Origin: a virus
Lineage: Duplodnaviria; Caudoviricetes
Reading direction: 5' to 3' (one strand)
IMG/VR virus record: IMGVR_UViG_3300033405_000985
Coordinates: 1 to 24,822 of that record
DNA: 24,822 nt
The notes beneath the pieces are model-generated. The model was not told the DNA's origin. It searched no databases and saw only the letters and a program-made list of their open reading frames with translations. The translations under genes were made by a program, and so were the position numbers. This document shows, in pieces, positions 8,531 through 16,369 of the stretch (position 1 is the first letter of the stretch; the number at the start of each line of letters is the position of its first letter).

Positions 8531-9187
8531 ATGAAATATGTGCCTGCACTGTTCAAACGCCCGTGGTTTTGGTTCCTCTTTGCATTTGTTCTTATTGTTG
8601 GACGTTATGTGCATCAGTTAATGCTGATGGGAGAGGCAATCTTTGGCAACATGGTTGTGGATGAGTATAGAGTGAAGCCGGCTGCCGGAGATTTTGAGGC
8701 TGCAGTCAAAAGAATCGTCGATTTCCCTGGTAACACAACGATAAAAATTAAACCAACAAAACCATGGCTTATCGGGACCACCATCTTCATTTGCGAAGAG
8801 CACGCTCAAGGCGCCGCTGACTACAAATGGATGAATCCCAAACCGGCGGTCTTTTGGAAAAATGCGCATGAGCTTGTGATATCAGTTCCTCGGGTGAGAA
8901 GGATCATCTATAAAACCGAAGAAGCGCGCGGCATAAAGATCACTTACAACATCGGGGGCACCGATTGCCCGGACGTAAACCATGGGCCCTTCGTCTCTGG
9001 CCTGCTCAATTTATTGGGGGTCATCTCCTACGACCCAGACCAGCCATGCATTGAGTCCGCAAGCCAGCCCTACCTCTACATCCGCCCGGGCCACGAGGGC
9101 CAGACGGGTGCGGGGGCGGATGCGTCAACCACGCCCGGGCAGCCCCTTGGCCACCCCTCGCCAAGTAGCCAAGGCCAGACACAGTAG
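8531..9187 (+). CDS. membrane-anchored immunity-like protein 2
   Basis: RBS AGGAG; N-terminal TM; shares V.W.N...L.IS...V..I.YK..EA.G.KI.YNIG.T.CP...H with 7731-8390. Confidence 0.7.
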   Translation: MKYVPALFKRPWFWFLFAFVLIVGRYVHQLMLMGEAIFGNMVVDEYRVKPAAGDFEAAVKRIVDFPGNTTIKIKPTKPWLIGTTIFICEEHAQGAADYKWMNPKPAVFWKNAHELVISVPRVRRIIYKTEEARGIKITYNIGGTDCPDVNHGPFVSGLLNLLGVISYDPDQPCIESASQPYLYIRPGHEGQTGAGADASTTPGQPLGHPSPSSQGQTQ

Positions 9188-9205
9188 ATCACTGCTGCGG
9201 CGTGG
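9168..9205 (+). repeat. 38-bp direct repeat, copy 2
   Basis: See 8424-8461; spans the stop codon of 8531-9187. Confidence 0.95.
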
Positions 9206-9278
9206 AGATGCCCGAGAGGCATGCACGGACGCAACCCGCGGATCGCGAGGCCCTGGGGGCTCGAGTCCCCCCTCCCCG
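9202..9278 (+). pseudogene. degenerate tRNA-Ser-like relic
   Basis: 5' GGAGATGCCCGAGAGGC..ACGGA (acceptor/D arm), long variable-arm-like GGATC-GCGA-GGCCC, T arm GGGGG-CTCGAGT-CCCCC, 3' CTCCCCG; anticodon arm damaged and no CCA. Confidence 0.45.
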
Positions 9279-9370
9279 GTCCGCTCTCGATTTCTCAGCA
9301 CCAAGCCCAGGCCATGAGGTTCGTGAAACCCGGCTTGACCGTCTCCCATCCTGGCGTTAGCCAGTTGAAC

Positions 9371-9622
9371 ATGCCCCGCCTTTTTGACCCCTTGGTTTAC
9401 CTGCGCGCGGAGTTCCGCGCTACCCCGGCCATCGGGCCGGACGGCATCACCCTGCGCTTCGACGGGCCGGTCCTGGCCCACCAGCGCCGGAAGGCTCAGA
9501 CCGTGGCCCTGGCGTATGACCGGCTCCTGCGGCTCCAGCTTGAACACGACGGAGCGTCGGTTCAGAAGCTCATGGCCTGGGGCAAGATCAGGATCCAGGG
9601 CGGGCGGTACGTGGCCGGGTAG
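9371..9622 (+). CDS. hypothetical protein (MPRLFDPL...)
   Basis: High GC3 from about 9371; start uncertain (9314 possible). Confidence 0.5.
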   Translation: MPRLFDPLVYLRAEFRATPAIGPDGITLRFDGPVLAHQRRKAQTVALAYDRLLRLQLEHDGASVQKLMAWGKIRIQGGRYVAG

Positions 9623-9680
9623 GCGCAAGCCGGCCACTTCTCCAGTCCGGCTCTCCTGTCGTCTTCTCCGGGCCGCCCGC

Positions 9681-9740
9681 GCCCCGATCCCGCGCTCCGT
9701 GCTGCTCATGGGCCTGAGCCTGGCCGGCGCGGCGATCCGC
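9681..9740 (+). pseudogene. orphan PEP-CTERM sorting-signal remnant
   Basis: Encodes APIPRSVLLMGLSLAGAAIR; 9700-9733 is 33/34 identical to the tails of both downstream PEP-CTERM genes. Confidence 0.75.
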
Positions 9741-10211
9741 TCTCCCGGCTGGGTTAAATAAACTCCGCCTGCTGATTCGGTCGGGTGGTTCACGGTGAGA
9801 AACGCGGTATCCCCCAAGAACTGGAAAACATTCCAAACTTGTCGGAATTCTTTACTTTCAATCGCTGCAACATATCAGGAATTATTACTTTTTACTCTGC
9901 TGGATCGGCTGCGGAGAAACAGGAGTCCTGCGTCAGAAAGTACACTCAGGAGGTCTGATTGCCACGCTCGCATCGAAGAATCCATACAAAAACGGTCGCT
10001 TGTGGTGGTGTCCTGGATGGTGTCCCTAAATATGGTTTAGCCCCTAACTTGTCGAGTATATTTACTCCCAATCCGTGCAACATGTTCGGACGTTACGTTT
10101 TCTACCCAAATAGATATGGCCTCAAAAAACTCATTATATCAAATTATTACAATAAACGCCGCCTGGACTTGAGAACGAATTGCAAACCGAAACGGTATGA
10201 TTTTCAAGGTG

Positions 10212-10227
10212 AGGCACACCTTGTGCA
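10212..10227 (+). promoter_or_regulatory. sigma54 (-24/-12) promoter
   Basis: aGGcacaccttgtGCa: GG-N10-GC about 60 bp upstream of the ATG at 10287. Confidence 0.65.
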
Positions 10228-10286
10228 TTTGGCAGACTAAAATCTATTTATCTTAACTAGTTAAACGTATTAAGGAGGGTGCAAAC

Positions 10287-11951
10287 ATGAGGAGGGTAAG
10301 AAAAACGCTTTTGGCACTGGCAGTGCTCTCCCTGGCACTGCAGCCCTTCGCGTCGCATGCGGCCAGCCACGCCTGGAACGGCTCGGCGTCGAACGCCTGG
10401 GAAAATACGAGCAACTGGACCGGCGGAGTGCCGAGTTCCACGACAGGCAACCCGGACACGATCAGTGCCGCCACGAACAACCCGGTTCAGATCAATACCG
10501 CCGTAAACATCGGGACGAACTCCTTGACATTCGGCAGCAGCTCCAATTCCTTGAATATCAATAGCGGCGATTCGTTTACCGGCGGCGCGGTTACCTTGAA
10601 CGGCGCTTCCATCACCGGGACCGGCAGCTTTCATGCCTCATCCATCAGTGGTTTCGGCACCATCTCGGCGCCCCTGACCGGCTCGATCTCCTTTACCGCC
10701 AACGCCACCGACGGGACAAACTTCGGCGGCTTCAGCCCCTTCGTCAACGGCACCCCGGGCACGCCGCTCACCCTCAACAACCAAACCCTCACCAACGCCT
10801 CCTTTACCATTTCGAATCACGGTGACTTCACCCTGAACAACGTCACCCTGAACGGCGCCAGCTTGAACGGAGTTTCGACCAACCTGAATGCCGGCTCCGC
10901 CGGGGGCAACAACTACTACGGGCTGATCAACATGACCGGCACCAACAACCTCAACGGCACCATCACCCGCAACAACTACGAGGTGTTCAGCATCAACAGC
11001 GGCACCACCAACCTGAACGGCGCCACGATCAGCGGCTTCGCCACCAATACCCCTGGCCCCTTCATCATAAACGGCGGCACCCTGAACAACGCCTCGGGCA
11101 ACAGCACCATCGGCACCGGGCCCCTGACCATGAACGGCGGCGCCATCACCAACACCGGCGGCGGCACCTTCTCCACCACCGACAATATCAGCGGTTACGG
11201 CAGCATATCCGGGCTGTCCCTCGGCGGCGGCGGTCACATCGTGGCGACCGGCGGGACCATGACCGTCAATGGCGGCAGCAGCGCCAATCCCGCCAGCCTC
11301 GGGTCAACCTCCGGAGCAGGCGCGGGTTTCGGCGCCAGCGCCAACAGTGTTCTGGACCTGCAGGGGAACTTCAATATCATCAACCCTCTGAACATTAGCC
11401 CGACCGGTACGACCGGCATCGTGCAGCTCGACGGCCTCACCACCACCAACAGCGGCTCCTGGGCGACCACTTTGAACGCCGGAGCTGTGAACGTGGTGAA
11501 TTCCAGTACATTGTCCGGTCCCGTCATTTCCACTTCGACCCTCACTCTCGACCCCAGCACCAAGCTCACCGTGAATGGAAACTATACTGATTCCGGGACA
11601 ATGGTGTTCGATATCGACAACCTTTCCAGCTACGGCATGATGGATGTCACGGGCATGACCACCATCGCCGGGGGCACGATCGACATCGACCTCCTGAGTT
11701 CGCCCCAGGCCGGTTACTATGACCTCTTCGATTCCACCGGCGGCATCTCCGGCTGGTCTTCCGCCACCCTCGATATCAGTGGCCTGGCCCCCGGATTCAC
11801 CGCGCAGATCGTTCCTGAATATAACGGCTCCAACATAGTGGAGGAAGGATTGCAGATCTCCCAGACCCCCGAGCCCGGCACCATGCTGCTCATGGGCCTG
11901 GGCCTGGCCGGCGCGGCCTTCCTGCGCAAGCGCATGCTGTCGGCCAACTAG
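10287..11951 (+). CDS. PEP-CTERM sorting-domain protein with G/T/N-rich beta-strand repeats
   Basis: RBS AAGGAGG; signal peptide (ASHA); C-terminal TPEPGTMLLMGLGLAGAAFLRKR. Confidence 0.93.
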   Translation: MRRVRKTLLALAVLSLALQPFASHAASHAWNGSASNAWENTSNWTGGVPSSTTGNPDTISAATNNPVQINTAVNIGTNSLTFGSSSNSLNINSGDSFTGGAVTLNGASITGTGSFHASSISGFGTISAPLTGSISFTANATDGTNFGGFSPFVNGTPGTPLTLNNQTLTNASFTISNHGDFTLNNVTLNGASLNGVSTNLNAGSAGGNNYYGLINMTGTNNLNGTITRNNYEVFSINSGTTNLNGATISGFATNTPGPFIINGGTLNNASGNSTIGTGPLTMNGGAITNTGGGTFSTTDNISGYGSISGLSLGGGGHIVATGGTMTVNGGSSANPASLGSTSGAGAGFGASANSVLDLQGNFNIINPLNISPTGTTGIVQLDGLTTTNSGSWATTLNAGAVNVVNSSTLSGPVISTSTLTLDPSTKLTVNGNYTDSGTMVFDIDNLSSYGMMDVTGMTTIAGGTIDIDLLSSPQAGYYDLFDSTGGISGWSSATLDISGLAPGFTAQIVPEYNGSNIVEEGLQISQTPEPGTMLLMGLGLAGAAFLRKRMLSAN

Positions 11952-12011
11952 ACCGCCTCTCAAGCCCCGTAAGGCCCGGCTGCTCCCTGAGAGCGGCCGG
12001 GCCTTTTTGTT
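11865..12011 (+). repeat. PEP-CTERM tail + terminator repeat, copy 1 (copy 2 at 13892-14039)
   Basis: Coding tail 85/87 nt identical; downstream CAAGCCCCGTAAGGCCCGGC...GCCGGGCCTTTTTGTT also conserved. Confidence 0.95.
11971..12010 (+). terminator. Rho-independent terminator
   Basis: 15-bp stem AAGGCCCGGCTGCTC/GAGCGGCCGGGCCTT followed by a T run. Confidence 0.9.
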
Positions 12012-12256
12012 GTCGGACGAGGAGTCGGCAATCAGGGACAGGAGCGCGACCCGGGGTTTGTAAAAAGAGTATGCCTTTCTGGCATAGCCAAGACGTCTTA
12101 CCGGCCCGGGTCCGTCGGCCAAGGCCCTTTCCTCCATGTCGGAATGCATCCTTGATCATGATCCCCGGATGTCCGCCTTGTGACGACTGTGTGTCATAAC
12201 TGATACGATAGCGTTACATATTATTCCTGTGTGTAATGAATCGAATAAAAACATCG

Positions 12257-12273
12257 TATGTAAACTTTACATA
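12257..12273. promoter_or_regulatory. palindromic enhancer (PEP-CTERM-box/PrsR-type candidate)
   Basis: TATGTAAA-C-TTTACATA perfect palindrome about 60 bp upstream of a sigma54 site. Confidence 0.7.
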
Positions 12274-12332
12274 ACCAGCCAGACCGTACCGCGTTTATTG
12301 TCTAACATCTCGGAATGATGAACAACTGACGC

Positions 12333-12348
12333 AGGCATGCATATTGCT
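12333..12348 (+). promoter_or_regulatory. sigma54 (-24/-12) promoter
   Basis: aGGcatgcatattGCt: GGCA..TTGC with GG-N10-GC spacing. Confidence 0.75.
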
Positions 12349-12481
12349 TTGTGGCCAATGATTTTATGGCATCGAGGCCAGCGGTTGTATACCGGGCCTT
12401 GCAGGTGGTCCTGTAGCCGTTGTTGAGCGAGAGAACAAATTTATCTGTCACAAATTATTAGCTAAAATTGGGGGGGGCTAC

Positions 12482-13978
12482 ATGTTGCGAGGCAATAAAT
12501 CATTTCTATGCTTATTTTTCATGGCGGTTGTTTTTTTGTTATGGAATGGAGATGCAAATGCAACACCACTGTCTGTAAATGATATAAGTTCATTTACTAC
12601 CGGTGATCTGGTGATAAGCACTGTTTCAAATGTCAGCAATGACAGCGTCGGTCTTGACACAGCGTCTCCGATCACTCTTCAGGAATTTCAACTGGGCAGC
12701 AACGGCACAAATGCGAGCGAAGCTGGAATTTTAACTTTACCACAAGTCGCCAGTGGTAACAATTCTGCAATCTCCGGAGAATATGGTTCCGCGTCAGAAG
12801 GCATTCTCCAGCAATCGGTCAATGGTCAGTACCTCACGATGATGGGCTACGGGGTGAATGCCAACGCTTTCAACAACGCGCCGCTTTCCACCTACGGCAC
12901 TGCGGCCTTGGGACAGACAACCAGCCTGACCGGCCAAACCGCCACCACGGTTCCGCGCGTGGTGGCCCTTATTGGCGCCAACGGCAGCGTGAATACATCC
13001 ACCGCCCTGACCGGCGTGTTCAACGAAAACAACCCCCGCAGTGCAACGACTGTGGACGGCACCTCGTTTTACGTCGCCGGGCAAGGGGCCAGCAAGACCG
13101 ACACGACCCAGGGAGTGTTCTACACCACTCTGGGCAGCAGCACGGCCACGGCTATCGACAACTCCACGGATGCGCGCGTCGCGACGATCATCAATACCGG
13201 GAATGGGAACGAGCTCTACGTATCCAGGGACTTCAATCCCCCGGGAAGCGGGAGCCAGAATTTCACCAACGTCAGCACGCTCACCAATGCCAGCGGCGGC
13301 CTCCCCACTTCGGCTACCGGCTTGGTAACCACGCACATCACCCCGCCGGCAAGCCCCCTTTCGTCCGGAGGCAACAACGGATCGATCAATTTGACCGCCA
13401 GCCTGGCCAACGGCGTCAACAACGGCCGGATCGGCAGTTTCGTGTATCTAAGCCCCGAGCAGTTCTTCCTGGCCAGCCCCACGGTCATGTACGTGGCCGA
13501 CAGCGGCCAGCCGAAAAACGGCAATGCCAACAAGGCGGCCCTGGGCGAAGGGGGACTGCAAAAGTGGGTTTTGACAAATGGCATTTGGACGCTGGACTAT
13601 GATCTGGTGGACGGACTCGACTTGGTCAACAACGCCGATGCAGATTCTAACACGCCGACTGCTCCCGGCGTGACCGGCCTTTTCGGCCTGACTGGCGAGG
13701 TCGTGGGCGACACTGTGGAGCTTTTCGCCACCAGTTACGGTCTTAACGAACTTTCTCCGAGCTATCTCTACGAGATTACGGACACGCTCTCGGATACCAC
13801 CATAAGCCAAGCCTCTTCGGAACAATTCACCACCCTTTTCGCCGCGGATGCGGACACGTCGATCCGCGGGGTGGCCTTTGCCCCCACCCCCACCCCCGAA
13901 CCCGGCACCATGCTGCTCATGGGCCTGGGCCTGGCCGGCGCGGCCTTCATGCGCAAGCGCATGCTGTCGGCCAACTAG
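12482..13978 (+). CDS. PEP-CTERM sorting-domain protein
   Basis: Signal peptide (ANA), T/S/N/G-rich extracellular domain, C-terminal TPEPGTMLLMGLGLAGAAFMRKR. Confidence 0.93.
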   Translation: MLRGNKSFLCLFFMAVVFLLWNGDANATPLSVNDISSFTTGDLVISTVSNVSNDSVGLDTASPITLQEFQLGSNGTNASEAGILTLPQVASGNNSAISGEYGSASEGILQQSVNGQYLTMMGYGVNANAFNNAPLSTYGTAALGQTTSLTGQTATTVPRVVALIGANGSVNTSTALTGVFNENNPRSATTVDGTSFYVAGQGASKTDTTQGVFYTTLGSSTATAIDNSTDARVATIINTGNGNELYVSRDFNPPGSGSQNFTNVSTLTNASGGLPTSATGLVTTHITPPASPLSSGGNNGSINLTASLANGVNNGRIGSFVYLSPEQFFLASPTVMYVADSGQPKNGNANKAALGEGGLQKWVLTNGIWTLDYDLVDGLDLVNNADADSNTPTAPGVTGLFGLTGEVVGDTVELFATSYGLNELSPSYLYEITDTLSDTTISQASSEQFTTLFAADADTSIRGVAFAPTPTPEPGTMLLMGLGLAGAAFMRKRMLSAN

Positions 13979-14039
13979 GACCACCGCACAAGCCCCGTAA
14001 GGCCCGGCCGCTCCCCGTGAGCGGCCGGGCCTTTTTGTT
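13892..14039 (+). repeat. PEP-CTERM tail + terminator repeat, copy 2
   Basis: See 11865-12011. Confidence 0.95.
13999..14039 (+). terminator. Rho-independent terminator
   Basis: Perfect 15-bp stem AAGGCCCGGCCGCTC/GAGCGGCCGGGCCTT followed by a T run. Confidence 0.9.
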
Positions 14040-14196
14040 CACAGCTTCCGGCAAACCAAGTGAGAAAACCGATACAGTTTGAAGCGGGTATGATTACAGG
14101 GAACAATCATGGTAACAGGTCACATGCATTGTAGGTCCAGTCGCCGGTGGACCTGGTCCGAGGCTTTCGAGCCCACGCCAGGCAGGGAAGGGAAGT

Positions 14197-14973
14197 ATGT
14201 CGGAAAAATCAATAAAGATTACCTTGATTGGCGGCCCTACGGTGAAAGTGGAATTTTGCGGGCTCCGTTTCCTGACCGACCCCACTTTCGACGCCGGCGG
14301 CAGCACCTATCGCGTGGGCGCGGTTGTTTTTGAAAAGAAAGTTTCGCCCGCCATCCCCGCCGATGCAGTGGGGACCATAGACGCGGTGTTGCTGAGCCAT
14401 GATCAGCATGTGGACAATCTGGACATTTCGGGCCGGGAGTTCCTCCCGAAGGTGGGAGCGGTCTACACCACGCCGGCAGGGGCCAAGCGCCTTGGCGGCA
14501 ACGCTCACGGGCTGTCCGCCTGGGAAACGGTGTCCGTGAAATCTCCCGGGGGCGCCCAAGTAAACATCACCGCTACCCCGTGCCGCCACGGACCGGCGGG
14601 GATCGAGCCCATCACCGGCGACGTGACCGGATTCATGCTGGAAGCAAGGGACCGCCGCTGCGGTCCGGTCTACATCACCGGGGACACGGTGTATTATGAA
14701 GGCGTGGCCGAAGTCGCCCGACGTTTTTCACCGTCGGTGATACTGGCCTTCGCCGGCGCGGCCAGGACCCGCGGGCCCTTCGACCTGACCATGTCCGTGA
14801 ATGATCTGCTGGACACGGCCCAGGCCTTTCCCGCGGCCTTGATCATCCCCGTGCATTCCGACGGCAGGAAGCATTACACCCAAACGGTCGATGACTTCAC
14901 GGCAGCCTTCAGGCTTTTGAACATACCCCACCGGATCAAGATACTTGAGCCGGGCGAGACATGCGCCTGTTGA
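14197..14973 (+). CDS. MBL-fold metallo-hydrolase
   Basis: ITLIGGPT, FLTDPTF, VLLSHDQHVDNLD, TPCRHG, YITGDT, IIPVH motifs. Confidence 0.9.
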   Translation: MSEKSIKITLIGGPTVKVEFCGLRFLTDPTFDAGGSTYRVGAVVFEKKVSPAIPADAVGTIDAVLLSHDQHVDNLDISGREFLPKVGAVYTTPAGAKRLGGNAHGLSAWETVSVKSPGGAQVNITATPCRHGPAGIEPITGDVTGFMLEARDRRCGPVYITGDTVYYEGVAEVARRFSPSVILAFAGAARTRGPFDLTMSVNDLLDTAQAFPAALIIPVHSDGRKHYTQTVDDFTAAFRLLNIPHRIKILEPGETCAC

Positions 14974-15067
14974 GCGCCGGGAGGAAATCACCGTCTGGCG
15001 CCCGCAACCGCCCGGCATGCGCCGGAGCGAAAAAACGGAAATGCGCCGTCCAAACCGACAAGCCCTC

Positions 15068-15096
15068 TTGATGTAAGGTCGCGTTGCTGATATAGG
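15068..15096 (+). promoter_or_regulatory. possible sigma70-type promoter for the head/tail operon
   Basis: TTGATG-N17-TATAGG with a TGn extension; the -10 box is weak. Confidence 0.3.
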
Positions 15097-15114
15097 GGAG
15101 ATGCGCCTTAAGTC

Positions 15115-15250
15115 GGAAAGGGCGGTGCGGATGCGGGAAAGGGCTTTGCGGCGGCATCGCGGCCGCCCGGGAGCATCCCGCAAGCGCCGCAAGGTTCGCA
15201 ACCTCGTTCGGCACGCAGGGAGAGGACGACCGCAAGAGTACGCATGAACA
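15115..15250 (+). pseudogene. possible degenerate second com copy
   Basis: One frame reads RCGCGKGLCGG; a shifted frame has TCCCGCAAGCGCCGCAAG versus TGCCGCAAGTGCGGCAAG (CRKCGK) in com. Confidence 0.35.
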
Positions 15251-15270
15251 GATAAACCGACGTCCGCCCC

Positions 15271-15317
15271 GAGCGCCCCGAGCGCCGCAGGCAGACCCAA
15301 AGAGCCCATGAGAGGCC
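15271..15317 (+). promoter_or_regulatory. cluster of GAG..CC repeats, candidate Com-binding RNA site
   Basis: GAGCGCC-CC-GAGCGCC (15271-15286), AGAGCCC (15301-15307), AGAGGCC (15311-15317, overlapping the terminator stem). Confidence 0.5.
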
Positions 15318-15357
15318 GGATGGTTCGAGAGATCGAACCGTCCGGCCTTTTTTGTTT
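15313..15357 (+). terminator. Rho-independent terminator/attenuator upstream of the scaffold gene
   Basis: 16-bp stem AGGCCGGATGGTTCGA/TCGAACCGTCCGGCCT, GAGA tetraloop, TTTTTGTTT tail. Confidence 0.85.
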
Positions 15358-15409
15358 GGCGAACCGGCGGCCACGACAGCCGGGAAAATCCGTCCAGGAG
15401 GACGCACAC

Positions 15410-16366
15410 ATGACCGAAGGCATCGACGACATCCTGAGCATCGTACAACCAGAAACACCCGCCGCCGGGGGGGAAACCGGCGCAAACGGCGTTCGCGACG
15501 GGGGCCAGCCGACCCCGGAGAACACGGCAGGGGAGGGCGCACCCGAAGAGTCCGGCGAGACCGGGGAATCCGGGGAATCCGGGGAATCCGGCCGGAAGGC
15601 CGGGGCCGGGGAAGGCGACGAGGCCCAACCCCCGAAAAAGGGCGGCATTGAGAAGCGCCTGGGCGAAGTCACGGCCGCCCGCCGCGAGGCGGAGCGCGAG
15701 GCCGCCTACCTGCGGGGCCAGAACGAGACCCTCATGAAGGTGCTGGCCGAAAGCCGGGGGCAACCCCCGATGCAGCCGGGACACCTGGGACAATTGGGAC
15801 CCGGGGCGCCCGGCCCGGACGTGGAGCCCCGCCAGCAGGATTTCCCCGGCGACTCCGACGCCTACGTGCTGGCCCGGGCCAGGTGGGCGGTGCGCCAGGA
15901 ACTGGCCGCCCGGGACACCCGCGCGGCCAATGAAACCCAGGCCCGGGCCCAGCAGCGCGCCCTGGTGGAAAAGGAGCAGAGAAGAGAGGCCTTTTTCGAG
16001 GCCGCGCAGGCCGTCCCGGGCTTCAGCGAGGCCTTCCACAACAGGCTCCCGGTGACCCAGGCCATGGCCGACGCCCTGTACAAGGCCCCCGAGGGACCGC
16101 TGGTGGGGCTGTACCTGGGCAAGAAGCCCGAGGAGGCCGCCCGCATCGCCGTCATTCCCGACCCCATCGAACAGGCCCTGGAGATCGGCGCCTTGAGCGC
16201 CCGCATCGCCGCGGCCAAGGCCGCCAGGAGAACCACAACCGCTCCCGACCCCATCGAACCCCTCTCGCCCGGGGCCTCCCCGGAGTCCTTCGACCCGGCC
16301 AACGGGCCCAGGGACATCAAGAGGTGGATGAAGTGGGACCGCGAGCGCCGCATGAAAAGGACATAA
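15410..16366 (+). CDS. capsid scaffolding protein
   Basis: RBS AGGAGG; acidic low-complexity N-terminus, KRLGEVTAARREAERE coiled coil, TTAPDPIEPL, basic C-terminal helix; immediately upstream of the coat gene. Confidence 0.8.
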   Translation: MTEGIDDILSIVQPETPAAGGETGANGVRDGGQPTPENTAGEGAPEESGETGESGESGESGRKAGAGEGDEAQPPKKGGIEKRLGEVTAARREAEREAAYLRGQNETLMKVLAESRGQPPMQPGHLGQLGPGAPGPDVEPRQQDFPGDSDAYVLARARWAVRQELAARDTRAANETQARAQQRALVEKEQRREAFFEAAQAVPGFSEAFHNRLPVTQAMADALYKAPEGPLVGLYLGKKPEEAARIAVIPDPIEQALEIGALSARIAAAKAARRTTTAPDPIEPLSPGASPESFDPANGPRDIKRWMKWDRERRMKRT

Positions 16367-16369
16367 CAC

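Noticed and set aside
6473-9205. Repeat pairs as DGR template/variable regions
   Set aside because: Mismatches are not adenine-specific and no reverse transcriptase is present
9681-14039. CRISPR array or integron attC sites
   Set aside because: The repeats are coding tails and terminators kilobases apart; no cas or integrase gene and no GTTRRRY/RYYYAAC cores recognised
15551-15592. (CCGGGGAAT)n tandem repeat as a phase-variation site
   Set aside because: 9-bp in-frame unit encoding a GES linker in the scaffold; length change would not shift the frame
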